From an uncultured Planctomycetia bacterium (GTDB lineage Bacteria > Planctomycetota > GCA-002687715 > DRQF01), in assembly GCA_964559135.1 (NCBI GenBank), contig CAZLGG010000001.1:72163-136162 (forward strand): a stretch of DNA of 64,000 nucleotides, in the 5' to 3' direction. Below, piece after piece: positions 9,942 through 18,857 of this stretch. The notes below the pieces were generated by a model. It did not search any database. It saw only the letters and a list, made by a program, of their open reading frames with translations, and was not told where the DNA came from. Every line of letters begins with the position of its first letter. The stretch's first letter is position 1. The translations under genes and the position numbers were made by a program.

Positions 9942-10816
9942 CGGCGGTGTTGGGGGGAGATTTGAGGGCGAGGTTGGCCCGGCTCGACTTCGTCTTGCGT
10001 CGTTCGCTGACCGGGACCCTGCGAGGGGACCGGCGTGCGCCCAGACGAAAGGGGATCAGCCTCGAGTTTGCGGACTTCCGCGCCTACGCCCCCGGTGACG
10101 ACGTGCGGCATCTCGATTGGGCGAGCCTGGCCCGGCTCGATCAACTTCTCATTCGGCTGTACCACGATGAGGAGGAGCTGAATCTGAACCTGGTGATCGA
10201 CATGAGTCGGTCCATGGCCTACGGGACGCCCCCGAAGCGGGAGCTGGCCATCGGTCTCGCCGCGGCGCTCGCCTGGATCGGGAGGATTCGGGGACATCGC
10301 GTGGAGACCTGGCTTCTCGGAGAGGAGTTGGAACATGCCGAACCCGGCGCGTCGGCGGGAGCCTTCGAGGCTTTCCTCGATCGCCTGGAGGCCATGCCCG
10401 CGACGTCGACCCGTCCCCTCATCGAACACCTCGACCAACTTCGTCTGCGAACCCGACTGCGGGGACTCACGGTCCTGATTTCGGACCTCTTCGAGCCCGC
10501 CGGGCCTCGCGCCGTGCTGAAGCGACTCCTGGGACCACGTAGGTCCCTCGACATCCTCCAGATCCTGGCGCCCGAAGAATTGGAGCCCGATCTTGAGGGC
10601 GATCTCCTTCTCGAAGACATGGAAACCGGGGAAGCGGTCGAGATCACATGGACCAAGGCTTTGGCGGAGATCTATCGACGTCGTCTGACCGGTCATCTTG
10701 CGTCTTGGGCGGAGGCCGCGCGTCGCCGGGGGGCGGCCTGGACGCACCTCAGCTCGAGGCTCACCCTGGAGGACGCCGTTCTGAACGAGTTGGCGCCGAA
10801 AGGGTGGCTCGCATGA
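9938..10816 (+). CDS. DUF58-family protein (MoxR-associated)
   Basis: ATGA overlap with MoxR. Hallmark motif FADFRAYAPGDDVRHLDWASLARLDQLLIRLY. Confidence 0.85.
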   Translation: MTAVLGGDLRARLARLDFVLRRSLTGTLRGDRRAPRRKGISLEFADFRAYAPGDDVRHLDWASLARLDQLLIRLYHDEEELNLNLVIDMSRSMAYGTPPKRELAIGLAAALAWIGRIRGHRVETWLLGEELEHAEPGASAGAFEAFLDRLEAMPATSTRPLIEHLDQLRLRTRLRGLTVLISDLFEPAGPRAVLKRLLGPRRSLDILQILAPEELEPDLEGDLLLEDMETGEAVEITWTKALAEIYRRRLTGHLASWAEAARRRGAAWTHLSSRLTLEDAVLNELAPKGWLA

Positions 10817-12732
10817 CCGCCGCCCTCCCCTTGGCTGTCGCGTTTTCTCACCCTCAGCAGCTCTGGTGGCTCCTGAGCCTCTTCCCGCTCATCATGCTTT
10901 TTTTGATGAAACGCCGTCGGCGGGAACACCAGGTCGGCAGTGTCATGCTCTGGCAGGCGCTGTTGAAGGAGGATGTCGTCCAAAGTCCGTTCCGGGTTCC
11001 CAGGGAGTGGTTGAGCCTGCTGCTTCTCGTCCTGGCCGTCCTGGGTCTCGGCTTGTCCCTGGGAGGCCTCCGCTGGGGGAGCACTCGGCAACCCGGGAGC
11101 CTCACGGCCATCGTGCTGGACGCGAGCGCCACCATGGCCTCCCGCGACGGTGATGCGACGCGATTCGAAAGGGCGCGGAATCTCGCGCGGGACGAATTGG
11201 ACGCGGCCGGCGACGACGTGGGCGTGATCGTCATTCTTGCAGGCGCGGAGCCCCTCTTGCTGGGAGATTCCCGCGACGATCCGGCCCTTCTCCGCAGCCG
11301 ACTCGCCGCTGCGCAGCCGGAGCCCAGATCGAGTGATCTTCTTCAGGCGATGGACCGGGCCGTCGGCTTGTTGTCCGAAGGGAGGAACCAAGGGGCGGCC
11401 GCGACGGAACTCCGTGTTCTCTCCGACTTCGCGGGGGGAAGTCCGGACATGGGGGGATTGGACACCGGGGGCGTGAACGTGAAGCTCGTCGCGTTGGGAG
11501 ATCCTCGACCGAATCGCGGCATCGTCGGCCTGTCCCTGGGAGGGCGGAGCGACGTGAAGCGTCTCGTCGTGCGCGTGTCGGCGAATGCCATGGCTTCCGG
11601 AAAGGTCATCGTTTCCCTCTATCGCGACGACCTCCTTCAGGCCGCACGCGAGGTGGAACTCGAGCCAAGCAAATCGAAGACCGTGCTTTTCCCGATCGAG
11701 CTCGAACCAGGCGCCGAGGCATCCCGTTTTCGTCTGCGTCTGAGCGGTGAGGATGTCTTGTCCCTCGATGATGAGGTGATCTTCGGTGTCGCCCGGGCGC
11801 CCTCGCCCCGCATCCTCGTTCTGGGGGAAGCCTCTCCCTATCTCGCGGCTCTCGGGAGCGTCTTTCCTGAGTTGGACATCGTGCGCGCATCCAGCGAAGC
11901 GGAATTGCCTCCCGGAACGTCGTCCTTCGATCTCATGATCACGACGAGGGCATGGACGGCGAAGGAGCCGCCTCCTGCTCGTCGCGTGTTCTGGTGGGGC
12001 GTCGTCCCGGACGGGCTCATCGAGCGAGGGGACGCCTTGCAGCCCGTGGTCTTGGGTGTGGAGCGGGGAGACCCCGTTCTGCGGCAAGTCGATCTGGGTG
12101 ACCTCGTCGTGTTGCGTCAGCACCGCGTCGAGATCCCCGGCTCGGCCCGCAGACTCGTGAGGACGGATGCCGGTTCCCAGTTTTTCGCCTTCTCGAGACA
12201 GGGGCGTCGGCACTTCGTGTGGGCGAGCCCACCCACCGACAGCAACTTGGCCCTCCTTCCCGCGTTTCCTCTTCTCGTTCGCAACTTGCTCGCGGACCGC
12301 CTCCGGGGCCTCGAGTTGTGGAGCTTTGCGGGCGGTGAGCCGGTGCGTTTTTCGGCTGGGTTGGGGCGGCTGTTGGGGGAGGTGGACCTGCACGTCACGG
12401 GGCCGGAAGGAATGGACATTCGCCGCTCCCTGGAGGGCGGCGCACTCTGGGTGTTGGGGGAGCGCCCTCGGCTCGGGGCCTACACGGCTGAGGTCACACG
12501 GGAGGGGCGGCGCATGGTTCGTCCCTTCGGGGTCGGGCTTCTCGATGAGAGCCTCACGACGTCACGGCCGACGGCCTCCCCCGCCCTCGAAGCGCTGGCG
12601 AAGACCGCGCCCCGTGTCGCCGTGGAACGCGCCGGTTCCACCCCCGACGGGCGGCCTCTTTGGCGTCCGCTCGCCCTGTTCGCATTCCTCCTCCTCACCG
12701 CCGAGATTCTCTGGGCCCATTCCCGCCAATGA
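10813..12732 (+). CDS. BatA-like TM + VWA domain protein
   Basis: ATGA overlap with DUF58. The ORF-track start at 10648 is upstream Arg/Gly-rich noise. BatA_N-like N-terminus (LWWLLSLFPLIMLFLMKRRRREH), VWA motif (TAIVLDASATMASRDGD), C-terminal TM (LWRPLALFAFLLLTAEILW). Confidence 0.8.
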   Translation: MTAALPLAVAFSHPQQLWWLLSLFPLIMLFLMKRRRREHQVGSVMLWQALLKEDVVQSPFRVPREWLSLLLLVLAVLGLGLSLGGLRWGSTRQPGSLTAIVLDASATMASRDGDATRFERARNLARDELDAAGDDVGVIVILAGAEPLLLGDSRDDPALLRSRLAAAQPEPRSSDLLQAMDRAVGLLSEGRNQGAAATELRVLSDFAGGSPDMGGLDTGGVNVKLVALGDPRPNRGIVGLSLGGRSDVKRLVVRVSANAMASGKVIVSLYRDDLLQAAREVELEPSKSKTVLFPIELEPGAEASRFRLRLSGEDVLSLDDEVIFGVARAPSPRILVLGEASPYLAALGSVFPELDIVRASSEAELPPGTSSFDLMITTRAWTAKEPPPARRVFWWGVVPDGLIERGDALQPVVLGVERGDPVLRQVDLGDLVVLRQHRVEIPGSARRLVRTDAGSQFFAFSRQGRRHFVWASPPTDSNLALLPAFPLLVRNLLADRLRGLELWSFAGGEPVRFSAGLGRLLGEVDLHVTGPEGMDIRRSLEGGALWVLGERPRLGAYTAEVTREGRRMVRPFGVGLLDESLTTSRPTASPALEALAKTAPRVAVERAGSTPDGRPLWRPLALFAFLLLTAEILWAHSRQ

Positions 12733-12831
12733 CCCATGGCGTGACGACGTCCGCACGCGAAGGGAGGGGCGAAAGGCTTGGGCCGCGTCACGGGATGGCC
12801 AAGACGACCCGCACGTGCCCACCCCAGGCGC

Positions 12832-15018
12832 TCAACGCCCGTGGGGCTGGGTGTCGGGGAGGGGGGCGCGGTCGCGGACGAAGCGGTCGAACCAGGTGCG
12901 AGTGAGCGCTCGAGCCTCGTCGCGCTTTTCGCTGAGCCCGTGGTCGGCGCCCTCGAAAAGGACGAAGCGCAGCGTGCGGTGGAGGGCTTGCAGCCCCTCG
13001 GCGAGTTCGAAGGCCGAGCCCGGCGGGACGCGCCAGTCCGCGCCACCCTGCATGAGAAGGATGGGCGTCGTCGGGCAAAGTCTCTCCGGCCAGCGTGCGG
13101 GCGATCGGGGCAGGAGGACGGCATCGCCCTCCTTGTCGTAGCCGGGAATGAGTTCCTCGTAGACCTCCTCGATGCCGGGACGATCCTTCTTCCAGCGGAT
13201 GAGGTCCGTGACCGGTCCCTCGAGGGCGAGAGCGCGGAAGCGATCGGTGCGGGAGACGGTGAGCAAGCTCATCATGCCTCCCCGGCTGGACCCGTAGAGG
13301 GCGATGCGATCGGAGTCGGCCTCGGGGAGAGCGTCGAGGAGCGGAAGAAGAGAGAGCACGTCGTTGACTTCGGCGCCGCCGAATTCCTCGAGGCCTTCGC
13401 CTCCGGCCACGCCCCGGTATTGGCTCGCCACAACCACGTAACCCCAGCGGGCCATGGGGAGGAGTCGGCCGAGAACGCGCTTCTCGTCCAGGGCTCCGAA
13501 TTCCCGGTTGCCGCCCCGGCAGTAGACGATGGCGGGATGGGGGCCGGACGCGTTCGGCGTCAACAGCCACCCCTTCACCCGGAGTCCATCGGAAAGATAG
13601 GTGATGCGCTCGATGCGCACTTCGTTCAGCCCCGCCACCGACCCCGCCTCCGCGGACGGCGTGAAGGCCTCTCTCTCCACGATCTTTCCGTCCTTGGGGA
13701 GGGTGAGCAGTTTCTCCCGGTCGAGGAGATGGCCCGCGAGAACGATCGTCGAGATGGACCGAATGGCGCGGATGTCCACACGCGGATCCTCGTCGAGAAC
13801 GAGAATGTCGGCACGACGGCCAGGACGCACCTCGCCCAATTCCTTCCAACCGAAGGCATCGGCGAAATTGCTCGTGGCCGCCGCCAACGCCTCGCGGGGT
13901 GAGAGTCCATAGCGCACGAGAGCATCCAACTCCCACACGAGGGAAATTCCAGGCATGGACCCCCAGACGTCGCAGCCGCTGCCGGCGAGGTACCGCGCCC
14001 CGGCGGCCCGATAGGCCTTCTCGACGATCTCCGTGGCCGCGGCGAGACGAGCGTAGGCCTCCACGTGAGCGGCGTCGTGGTCCTGTTTGCCCGTCTCCGG
14101 GTCGGCGGGTTGATTGATGTCTTTCGGATCGAGGAGGACAGCGGCGGGCTCCTTCCACGGGTTCTTGCTCCAGGGGTGGTGCAGGGCGAGGAGTCCGGCC
14201 GTGGGCAACAGATAGGTCTCGGAGTGCGCCAGGGACTTCGCATAGCGGGCGAGCCGGGGATTGTCGGGTCGGATGGCGGAGAGCCACTTGTACCACTGCC
14301 ACTTCGGGCTCGCGAGGTCGTCGCTGAAGGGCTCTTTCGCCACGCCGTGTCGGTGTTCCTCCGGCGCCATGCCGAGGGAGTAGCGGGTGGTGTGGACGAA
14401 GGCGTCCAGGCCGAAGTCCATGCCCTGCTCGTAGGTGGTGAGGGCCAGTTCACCGATGGTGGCCAGTCCGCGTTCGCGACAATGGTTCGCGACGCGTCGG
14501 AGTTTGTCGGGGGTCAGACGATACATGAGGAGAGCCACCCTTGCACCCTGATCGGCGACGGTGTCGATCCGTGCCAGGAGATCCTCGATGGGGGCAGGCT
14601 CGTAGCCCACGTCTTCCAGGGGATACAGATGGGGCGATGGTCGGGCGCGGGTGAACAGGGGCCCCCGTCGTCCCCCGGACACGGCGAGGATCGACGTCAC
14701 GCCGGAATACAAAAAGGCGTTGGCGTAGGCCTGGTTGTTGAGGACGGCGAAGCCGTCGATGAGGCCGGGGACGAGGTATTTCCCCGTCCCGTCCACGATA
14801 CGGAATCCATCGGGCACCGTGATGTGATTCTTCGGGCCCACGGCGGTGATGATGCCGTTCTCGACGAGGACGACCGCGTTCTCGATGTCCCGGGCGCTCT
14901 GCCCGCGGTCTGCTGTGTCGATGACGACGGCGCCGACGATCGCCAAGCGGTCCTGGGCTGGAAGGAACGTGGAGAGCAGGGCGAGGACGCACGCGAGGTT
15001 GAAGGCTGAATGTCTCAT
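12832..15018 (-). CDS. Secreted two-domain hydrolase: N-terminal amidohydrolase-family domain fused to a C-terminal S9 (prolyl-oligopeptidase/dienelactone-hydrolase-like) alpha/beta-hydrolase domain
   Basis: N-terminal signal peptide MRHSAFNLACVLALLSTFLPAQD. Amidohydrolase-like C-terminal motif (GRRADILVLDEDP). GxSxG nucleophile elbow (YGSSRGGMMS), with downstream Asp (GGADWRVP) and His (GADHGL). Confidence 0.75.
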   Translation of the reverse strand: MRHSAFNLACVLALLSTFLPAQDRLAIVGAVVIDTADRGQSARDIENAVVLVENGIITAVGPKNHITVPDGFRIVDGTGKYLVPGLIDGFAVLNNQAYANAFLYSGVTSILAVSGGRRGPLFTRARPSPHLYPLEDVGYEPAPIEDLLARIDTVADQGARVALLMYRLTPDKLRRVANHCRERGLATIGELALTTYEQGMDFGLDAFVHTTRYSLGMAPEEHRHGVAKEPFSDDLASPKWQWYKWLSAIRPDNPRLARYAKSLAHSETYLLPTAGLLALHHPWSKNPWKEPAAVLLDPKDINQPADPETGKQDHDAAHVEAYARLAAATEIVEKAYRAAGARYLAGSGCDVWGSMPGISLVWELDALVRYGLSPREALAAATSNFADAFGWKELGEVRPGRRADILVLDEDPRVDIRAIRSISTIVLAGHLLDREKLLTLPKDGKIVEREAFTPSAEAGSVAGLNEVRIERITYLSDGLRVKGWLLTPNASGPHPAIVYCRGGNREFGALDEKRVLGRLLPMARWGYVVVASQYRGVAGGEGLEEFGGAEVNDVLSLLPLLDALPEADSDRIALYGSSRGGMMSLLTVSRTDRFRALALEGPVTDLIRWKKDRPGIEEVYEELIPGYDKEGDAVLLPRSPARWPERLCPTTPILLMQGGADWRVPPGSAFELAEGLQALHRTLRFVLFEGADHGLSEKRDEARALTRTWFDRFVRDRAPLPDTQPHGR

Positions 15019-15030
15019 GGGGAGAGTCTA

Positions 15031-15054
15031 CCCCAACTCCGGATGGAGTTGGGG
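15031..15054 (-). promoter_or_regulatory. Perfect 10-bp GC-rich stem-loop (CCCCAACTCC-GGAT-GGAGTTGGGG) between the lipoprotein stop (15095) and the amidohydrolase/S9 start (15018)
   Basis: Inverted repeat read directly. Lies 12 nt upstream of the downstream start codon. No U-tract follows on the transcribed strand. Confidence 0.5.
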
Positions 15055-15094
15055 ATGCGAGGCTGCGCCGCGGACGTCAAAGGATCGGGTCGGA

Positions 15095-16855
15095 TCAGTG
15101 AGCAGGGGGGTGGAGCATGTCGTCCTCCTTCTCCCCGATCTTTCGCCCCTTTCGATTGACGACCTCGTCCCAGGGGACCAAGCGGCGGTTCTTCACGTGA
15201 TACTTGAGGGCCACCTTGCGATTGATCCACTCATAGTAGTCGTAGAATTCCTTCTCGAAGGTCTTCCACTTGGCTTCGTCGCGTTGGCCGTCGGGTCCCA
15301 TGAGCCCCATGCATTGCAGGAAGAAATCGCGACCGGTCTTTCCGTCCAGTTCGCCGCGAAAATACTTGAGCCAGCCATTGCGGTACTTGCCCGGCTTACC
15401 GATTTGAACCACGCCTTCGGAGTCCACGCGGAAGTTGTTGAGGAAGTACACGAGGAACCACCCTTCGGAGTACGCGTAGAGATTGAAGTCCTCGTTGCCC
15501 GAAGCCTTGTTCTTCTCGCGGTCGCCGTAGGTGAGAGCCAGGAGATCCCATAGGGGATAGGCGTTGCGCTCATTCTGGCGCCACCAGGAGAGTCGTCCCT
15601 CTTGGAGTAGACCCATCGTGTATTTCCACTGTTTGGTCTCCGGGTCGAGGGAAACCGACGTGGCACCGAAGTATTCGGCGACGCCTTCCTGGAACCAATA
15701 GGAGCGGTTGAGGAACGCGACCTGAAGACGTCCCTTCGTGTTGTAGGCGATGATCTGGTGCGTGCCCTCGTGAAAAAGCGTGTCGCGATCCGTTTCGTCC
15801 GAGACGAGGAGACGGCCGGTGTCGTGCTCGAAGTGCCCGACGGCGCCGCTGTCCGCTCCTCGTTTCGCGGCATACTGTTGGTAGGCCTCGTGTTTGCGGA
15901 AAACGACGACCGGTACGGGGTCGGTGATGTCGGTGAGGCCGAGGGGCTCCCGGTATTCGCTATAGAACAGGTCGTAGAGCTGAAGCACCATCTCCGATTT
16001 CTGTCGCGCGACCTGGGCCTCGTCCCAGGCCTTGTCTTTTTCCACGAGGAAGAGGTACGGCTTGAAGATCCGGGCCATCCACTTGTACGACTCGTTCAAT
16101 GCCTTGGCCAAGTCGGTTCGGGTCGTGTCGGCGATCCTTCGAGCCTCCTGGAAGAACGGGTCCTTGCCGCGCTCCTCCCATTCCTTCTTCCGCTGGGCGA
16201 CCAGCTCGACGAGCGACGAAACATCCCCCGCGTGCTTCCATGCAGGTGGAATCCAAAGGGTGCCGTCGGGAGCCTTCCAGGCGTCTTTCGCGAGGTGAGT
16301 TTCGAGAGCGTCGACGAGACGGATGTCGGAGTCGGTATCCAGGTAGGGGGCCGTGCGCCAGGCGTCCAGGTCGATGTCGACCGACTTCCAGCCGGCTCGG
16401 CGACGGAGTTCCTGGTCGTCGGGGTGCGCTTTCAATGCGGCCTTGGCGAGCGACCGGAAGCCCGGCTCGAGTTTCTCGACGAGGTCCGCGGGCAGCGTGT
16501 CCTTCAAGCCGCGGGCCCAGTCGCGAAACGTGTCGACGCGAGCCGCCTCGGATCTTTCCATCTTGCGTGCGATGGAGGTGAAGGCACTTACGATGGCGTT
16601 GTCGACCTTCTTCTGGAAAGACTCGAGTGCGACGACGTCGGCTCCGTCGTCGTGGAGGCGCTGATCCACCCATCCGCGCAGTTCCACGAGCTTCTTGACG
16701 TTTTGCCCGGCGGTTTCGAAACGGCTCCGCGCCTCGGAGATGACCTGAAGGCTCTTCTCGGCGTCGTCGCCCTTGTTGTCGCCGCACGCCGGCAGGAAAG
16801 CCAAAGCCAGGACGGCGAGGGACGCGAGGAATGAACCCGTGAGAAGCTTCTGCAT
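15095..16855 (-). CDS. Putative lipoprotein with an HExxH zinc-metallopeptidase-like motif
   Basis: True start is the internal ATG at 16855 (MQKLLTGSFLASLAVLALAFLPACGDNK: signal peptide plus lipobox-like LPAC). The upstream 121 codons of the ORF track are Arg/Pro-rich noise. Motif TLFHEGTHQ. Confidence 0.65.
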   Translation of the reverse strand: MQKLLTGSFLASLAVLALAFLPACGDNKGDDAEKSLQVISEARSRFETAGQNVKKLVELRGWVDQRLHDDGADVVALESFQKKVDNAIVSAFTSIARKMERSEAARVDTFRDWARGLKDTLPADLVEKLEPGFRSLAKAALKAHPDDQELRRRAGWKSVDIDLDAWRTAPYLDTDSDIRLVDALETHLAKDAWKAPDGTLWIPPAWKHAGDVSSLVELVAQRKKEWEERGKDPFFQEARRIADTTRTDLAKALNESYKWMARIFKPYLFLVEKDKAWDEAQVARQKSEMVLQLYDLFYSEYREPLGLTDITDPVPVVVFRKHEAYQQYAAKRGADSGAVGHFEHDTGRLLVSDETDRDTLFHEGTHQIIAYNTKGRLQVAFLNRSYWFQEGVAEYFGATSVSLDPETKQWKYTMGLLQEGRLSWWRQNERNAYPLWDLLALTYGDREKNKASGNEDFNLYAYSEGWFLVYFLNNFRVDSEGVVQIGKPGKYRNGWLKYFRGELDGKTGRDFFLQCMGLMGPDGQRDEAKWKTFEKEFYDYYEWINRKVALKYHVKNRRLVPWDEVVNRKGRKIGEKEDDMLHPPAH

Positions 16856-16927
16856 GAAAGGGAACTCCGATGTGAACCCGGGGATTGTATCCCCAGGTCC
16901 TTCGTCACGCGAGAGAGGGAGACGATC

Positions 16928-16956
16928 GACGGCGGCTCGTTGTTGGAGCCGCCGTC
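16928..16956 (-). terminator. Perfect 11-bp stem / 7-nt loop hairpin (GACGGCGGCTC-GTTGTTG-GAGCCGCCGTC), ~19 nt downstream of the etfA stop
   Basis: Inverted repeat read directly. Placed where an etfBA terminator is expected. No canonical U-run. Confidence 0.45.
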
Positions 16957-16974
16957 GTGGGGGCGGAAGACGCC

Positions 16975-17952
16975 TCAGGCGAGGGTTTCCTGGAATGCCT
17001 TCGTGAGAGCCGGGACGACTTCGAAGAGGTCGCCCACGATGCCGTAGTCGGCGACCTTGAAGATGGGAGCCTCCGGATCCTTGTTGACGGCAACGATGAC
17101 CTTGGCCGTCCGCATGCCCGCCAAGTGTTGGATGGCCCCGGAGATCCCGATGGCGAGGTAGAGATTCGGGCTGACGACCTTGCCCGTCTGACCCACCTGG
17201 CTGGCGTGGTCGATCCAACCGGCGTCCACGGCGGCGCGCGAGGCGCCCACCGCGGCTCCCAGGACCTTGGCCAATTCCCGCAGGGGCTCGAAGCCCTCGG
17301 GCCCCCCCACGCCGCGGCCTCCGGCCACCACGATCTCGGCCTCCGCGACGTCGAGGTCGCCCTTATCGCCTCGGGTGATCTGCTTCACGACGGCGCGGAT
17401 CGTCGAGGGTTCGAAGGCGAGGGGCAAGGCTTCGACCGCGCCTTCGCTTCCCGGGGCGATCTCCTTGGCGGCCATCGTGTTGGGACGCAGGCCGAGGAAG
17501 AACGGTTCACCTTCTCCGTGGGTCCAGGCCAAGGCCTTGCCGGCGAACACGGGGCGTCGGACGCGCAGGGCTCCATCCGCAACTTCGAACCCCGTGCAGT
17601 CCGAGGCCAGAGGAGCCCCCAGCTTCGCGGCCGCCCAGGCAGCGAGGTCCTTACCCATGATCGTTGCGGGGACGATGACCGCTTTGGGAGAGACCATCTC
17701 GATGGCCTGAACCAGACAGCGTCCGTAGCCGCCCGTGGAGTAGAGCGCCAGGAAGTCGTGGTCGGCGGCGAGGATGCGATCCGCACCCCACGCGGCGAGC
17801 CTTGCGGCGTCGTCCTGGATGCCGTGGCCGACGACGAGGGCGGTCACGGGTCCTCCCAGATCCGCCGCGAGATTCTTCGCGGCGGTGATGGCTTCGAAGG
17901 CCGCTTTCTTGCAGCGGCCGTCACGCACTTCGCAAAATGCCAGAACAGACAT
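16975..17952 (-). CDS. etfA: Electron transfer flavoprotein alpha subunit
   Basis: N-terminus [29 protein letters not shown]-terminal FAD-binding block [35 protein letters not shown]. Confidence 0.9.
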   Translation of the reverse strand: MSVLAFCEVRDGRCKKAAFEAITAAKNLAADLGGPVTALVVGHGIQDDAARLAAWGADRILAADHDFLALYSTGGYGRCLVQAIEMVSPKAVIVPATIMGKDLAAWAAAKLGAPLASDCTGFEVADGALRVRRPVFAGKALAWTHGEGEPFFLGLRPNTMAAKEIAPGSEGAVEALPLAFEPSTIRAVVKQITRGDKGDLDVAEAEIVVAGGRGVGGPEGFEPLRELAKVLGAAVGASRAAVDAGWIDHASQVGQTGKVVSPNLYLAIGISGAIQHLAGMRTAKVIVAVNKDPEAPIFKVADYGIVGDLFEVVPALTKAFQETLA

Positions 17953-17964
17953 GGGGATCTCCTC

Positions 17965-18720
17965 TCAGATCACTTTGGCTTCGTTACGAAGCAACTCGAC
18001 GACCTTGATCGCAGCTTCGGGGCCCTCTCCGACGATTCGGCCTTCGGGGCGGGGAGGAGGCAGCTCCAGGGAGTCAATGACGACGATCGGCGCGGGCGCG
18101 TCCACGGGTTTTTCTTCCATGGGTTTTTTCTTCGCGGCCATGATGCCCTTCAGCGAGGGGTAACGGGGCTCGTTCAAACCCTTCTCCGCACTGATCACCG
18201 CCGGTAGGGTGCCCTCGACGACCTCGACGCCTCCTTCAATCTCCCGCTCGGCACGGAACGCGCCGGATTCGATGGACAGACTCGAGACCTTGGTGACCAC
18301 GGGCCATCCCATGGAGGCAGCCACCTGGGAGGGCACTTGGGCGGAGTCGTAGTCCACCGACTGCTTGCCCATGAAGATGACCTCGGGTTCAAGAGCCTTG
18401 ATTTCGGCGGTGAGCAGGGCCGCGACGGCGGAGGAATCCAGATGCGATGTGTCCGCATCCAGGATCACGGCCCGGTCGGCGCCGCGAGCCAAACCCTTTC
18501 GGATCTCCTCCTTGATCGTCGCGGGGGTTCCCACCGAGAAGAGAACCACTTCTCCTTCGCCGACGGACTCTTTCAGCCGAAGAGCTTCCTCGATGGCGAA
18601 TTCGTCGTACGCGTTCAGTTCGAGCTTGACATCGCTCATGTCGATCGTTTTTTCATCGGAGCCGATCTTCACCTTGGTATCGGTGGAAGGGGCCACGACG
18701 ACGCAAACCGCGATTTTCAT
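17965..18720 (-). CDS. etfB: Electron transfer flavoprotein beta subunit
   Basis: Start at internal MKIAVCVVVAPSTDTKVKI (ATG 18720, GGAG upstream). Sits 12 nt upstream of etfA, with a GAGGAG SD between them. Confidence 0.9.
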   Translation of the reverse strand: MKIAVCVVVAPSTDTKVKIGSDEKTIDMSDVKLELNAYDEFAIEEALRLKESVGEGEVVLFSVGTPATIKEEIRKGLARGADRAVILDADTSHLDSSAVAALLTAEIKALEPEVIFMGKQSVDYDSAQVPSQVAASMGWPVVTKVSSLSIESGAFRAEREIEGGVEVVEGTLPAVISAEKGLNEPRYPSLKGIMAAKKKPMEEKPVDAPAPIVVIDSLELPPPRPEGRIVGEGPEAAIKVVELLRNEAKVI

Positions 18721-18857
18721 GGGAGGGTTGCTCCATTGTTGGACGTGGAGGGGGATCCGTGGATCGAGGACGCGGAATCCTACGGACGGCAACGGGGGGG
18801 ATCAACGGGCGACGTTCGGGGAGAAGGGAAGGGGGGGCCCTTTTTCCTCGGGGGACG

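Noticed and set aside
10693-12393. 566-aa minus-strand ORF antisense to the second BatA-like gene. Similar long antisense ORFs lie at 377–1075, 4607–5470, 12167–13141, 12778–13902, 14065–15009, 15758–16834, 16885–18207, 18759–19928, 20016–21044, 21824–22678, 23049–24128, 24125–25120, 26425–27378, 28039–29232, 30733–32034, 36601–37731, 38412–39848, 40340–41035, 41492–42310, 43361–44371, 44597–47122, 47895–48764 and 49740–50789.
   Set aside because: All are Arg/Pro/Gly-rich, low-complexity translations lying opposite or out-of-frame to genes with clear family signatures. Long spurious ORFs are expected in high-GC DNA, where stop codons are rare in the non-coding frames.
12788-14302. 504-aa ORF overlapping the amidohydrolase/S9 gene in another frame.
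   Set aside because: Extremely Arg/Pro-rich with no motifs. The co-located frame, 12832–15018, has a signal peptide and two recognisable hydrolase domains.
18721-18857. GGGGGGGCCCTTTTTCCTCGGGGG tract between the HD-GYP gene and etfB, as a possible intrinsic terminator.
   Set aside because: On the transcribed (minus) strand it reads as an A-run, not a U-run, and no complementary arm forms a stem. Likely just a low-complexity spacer.
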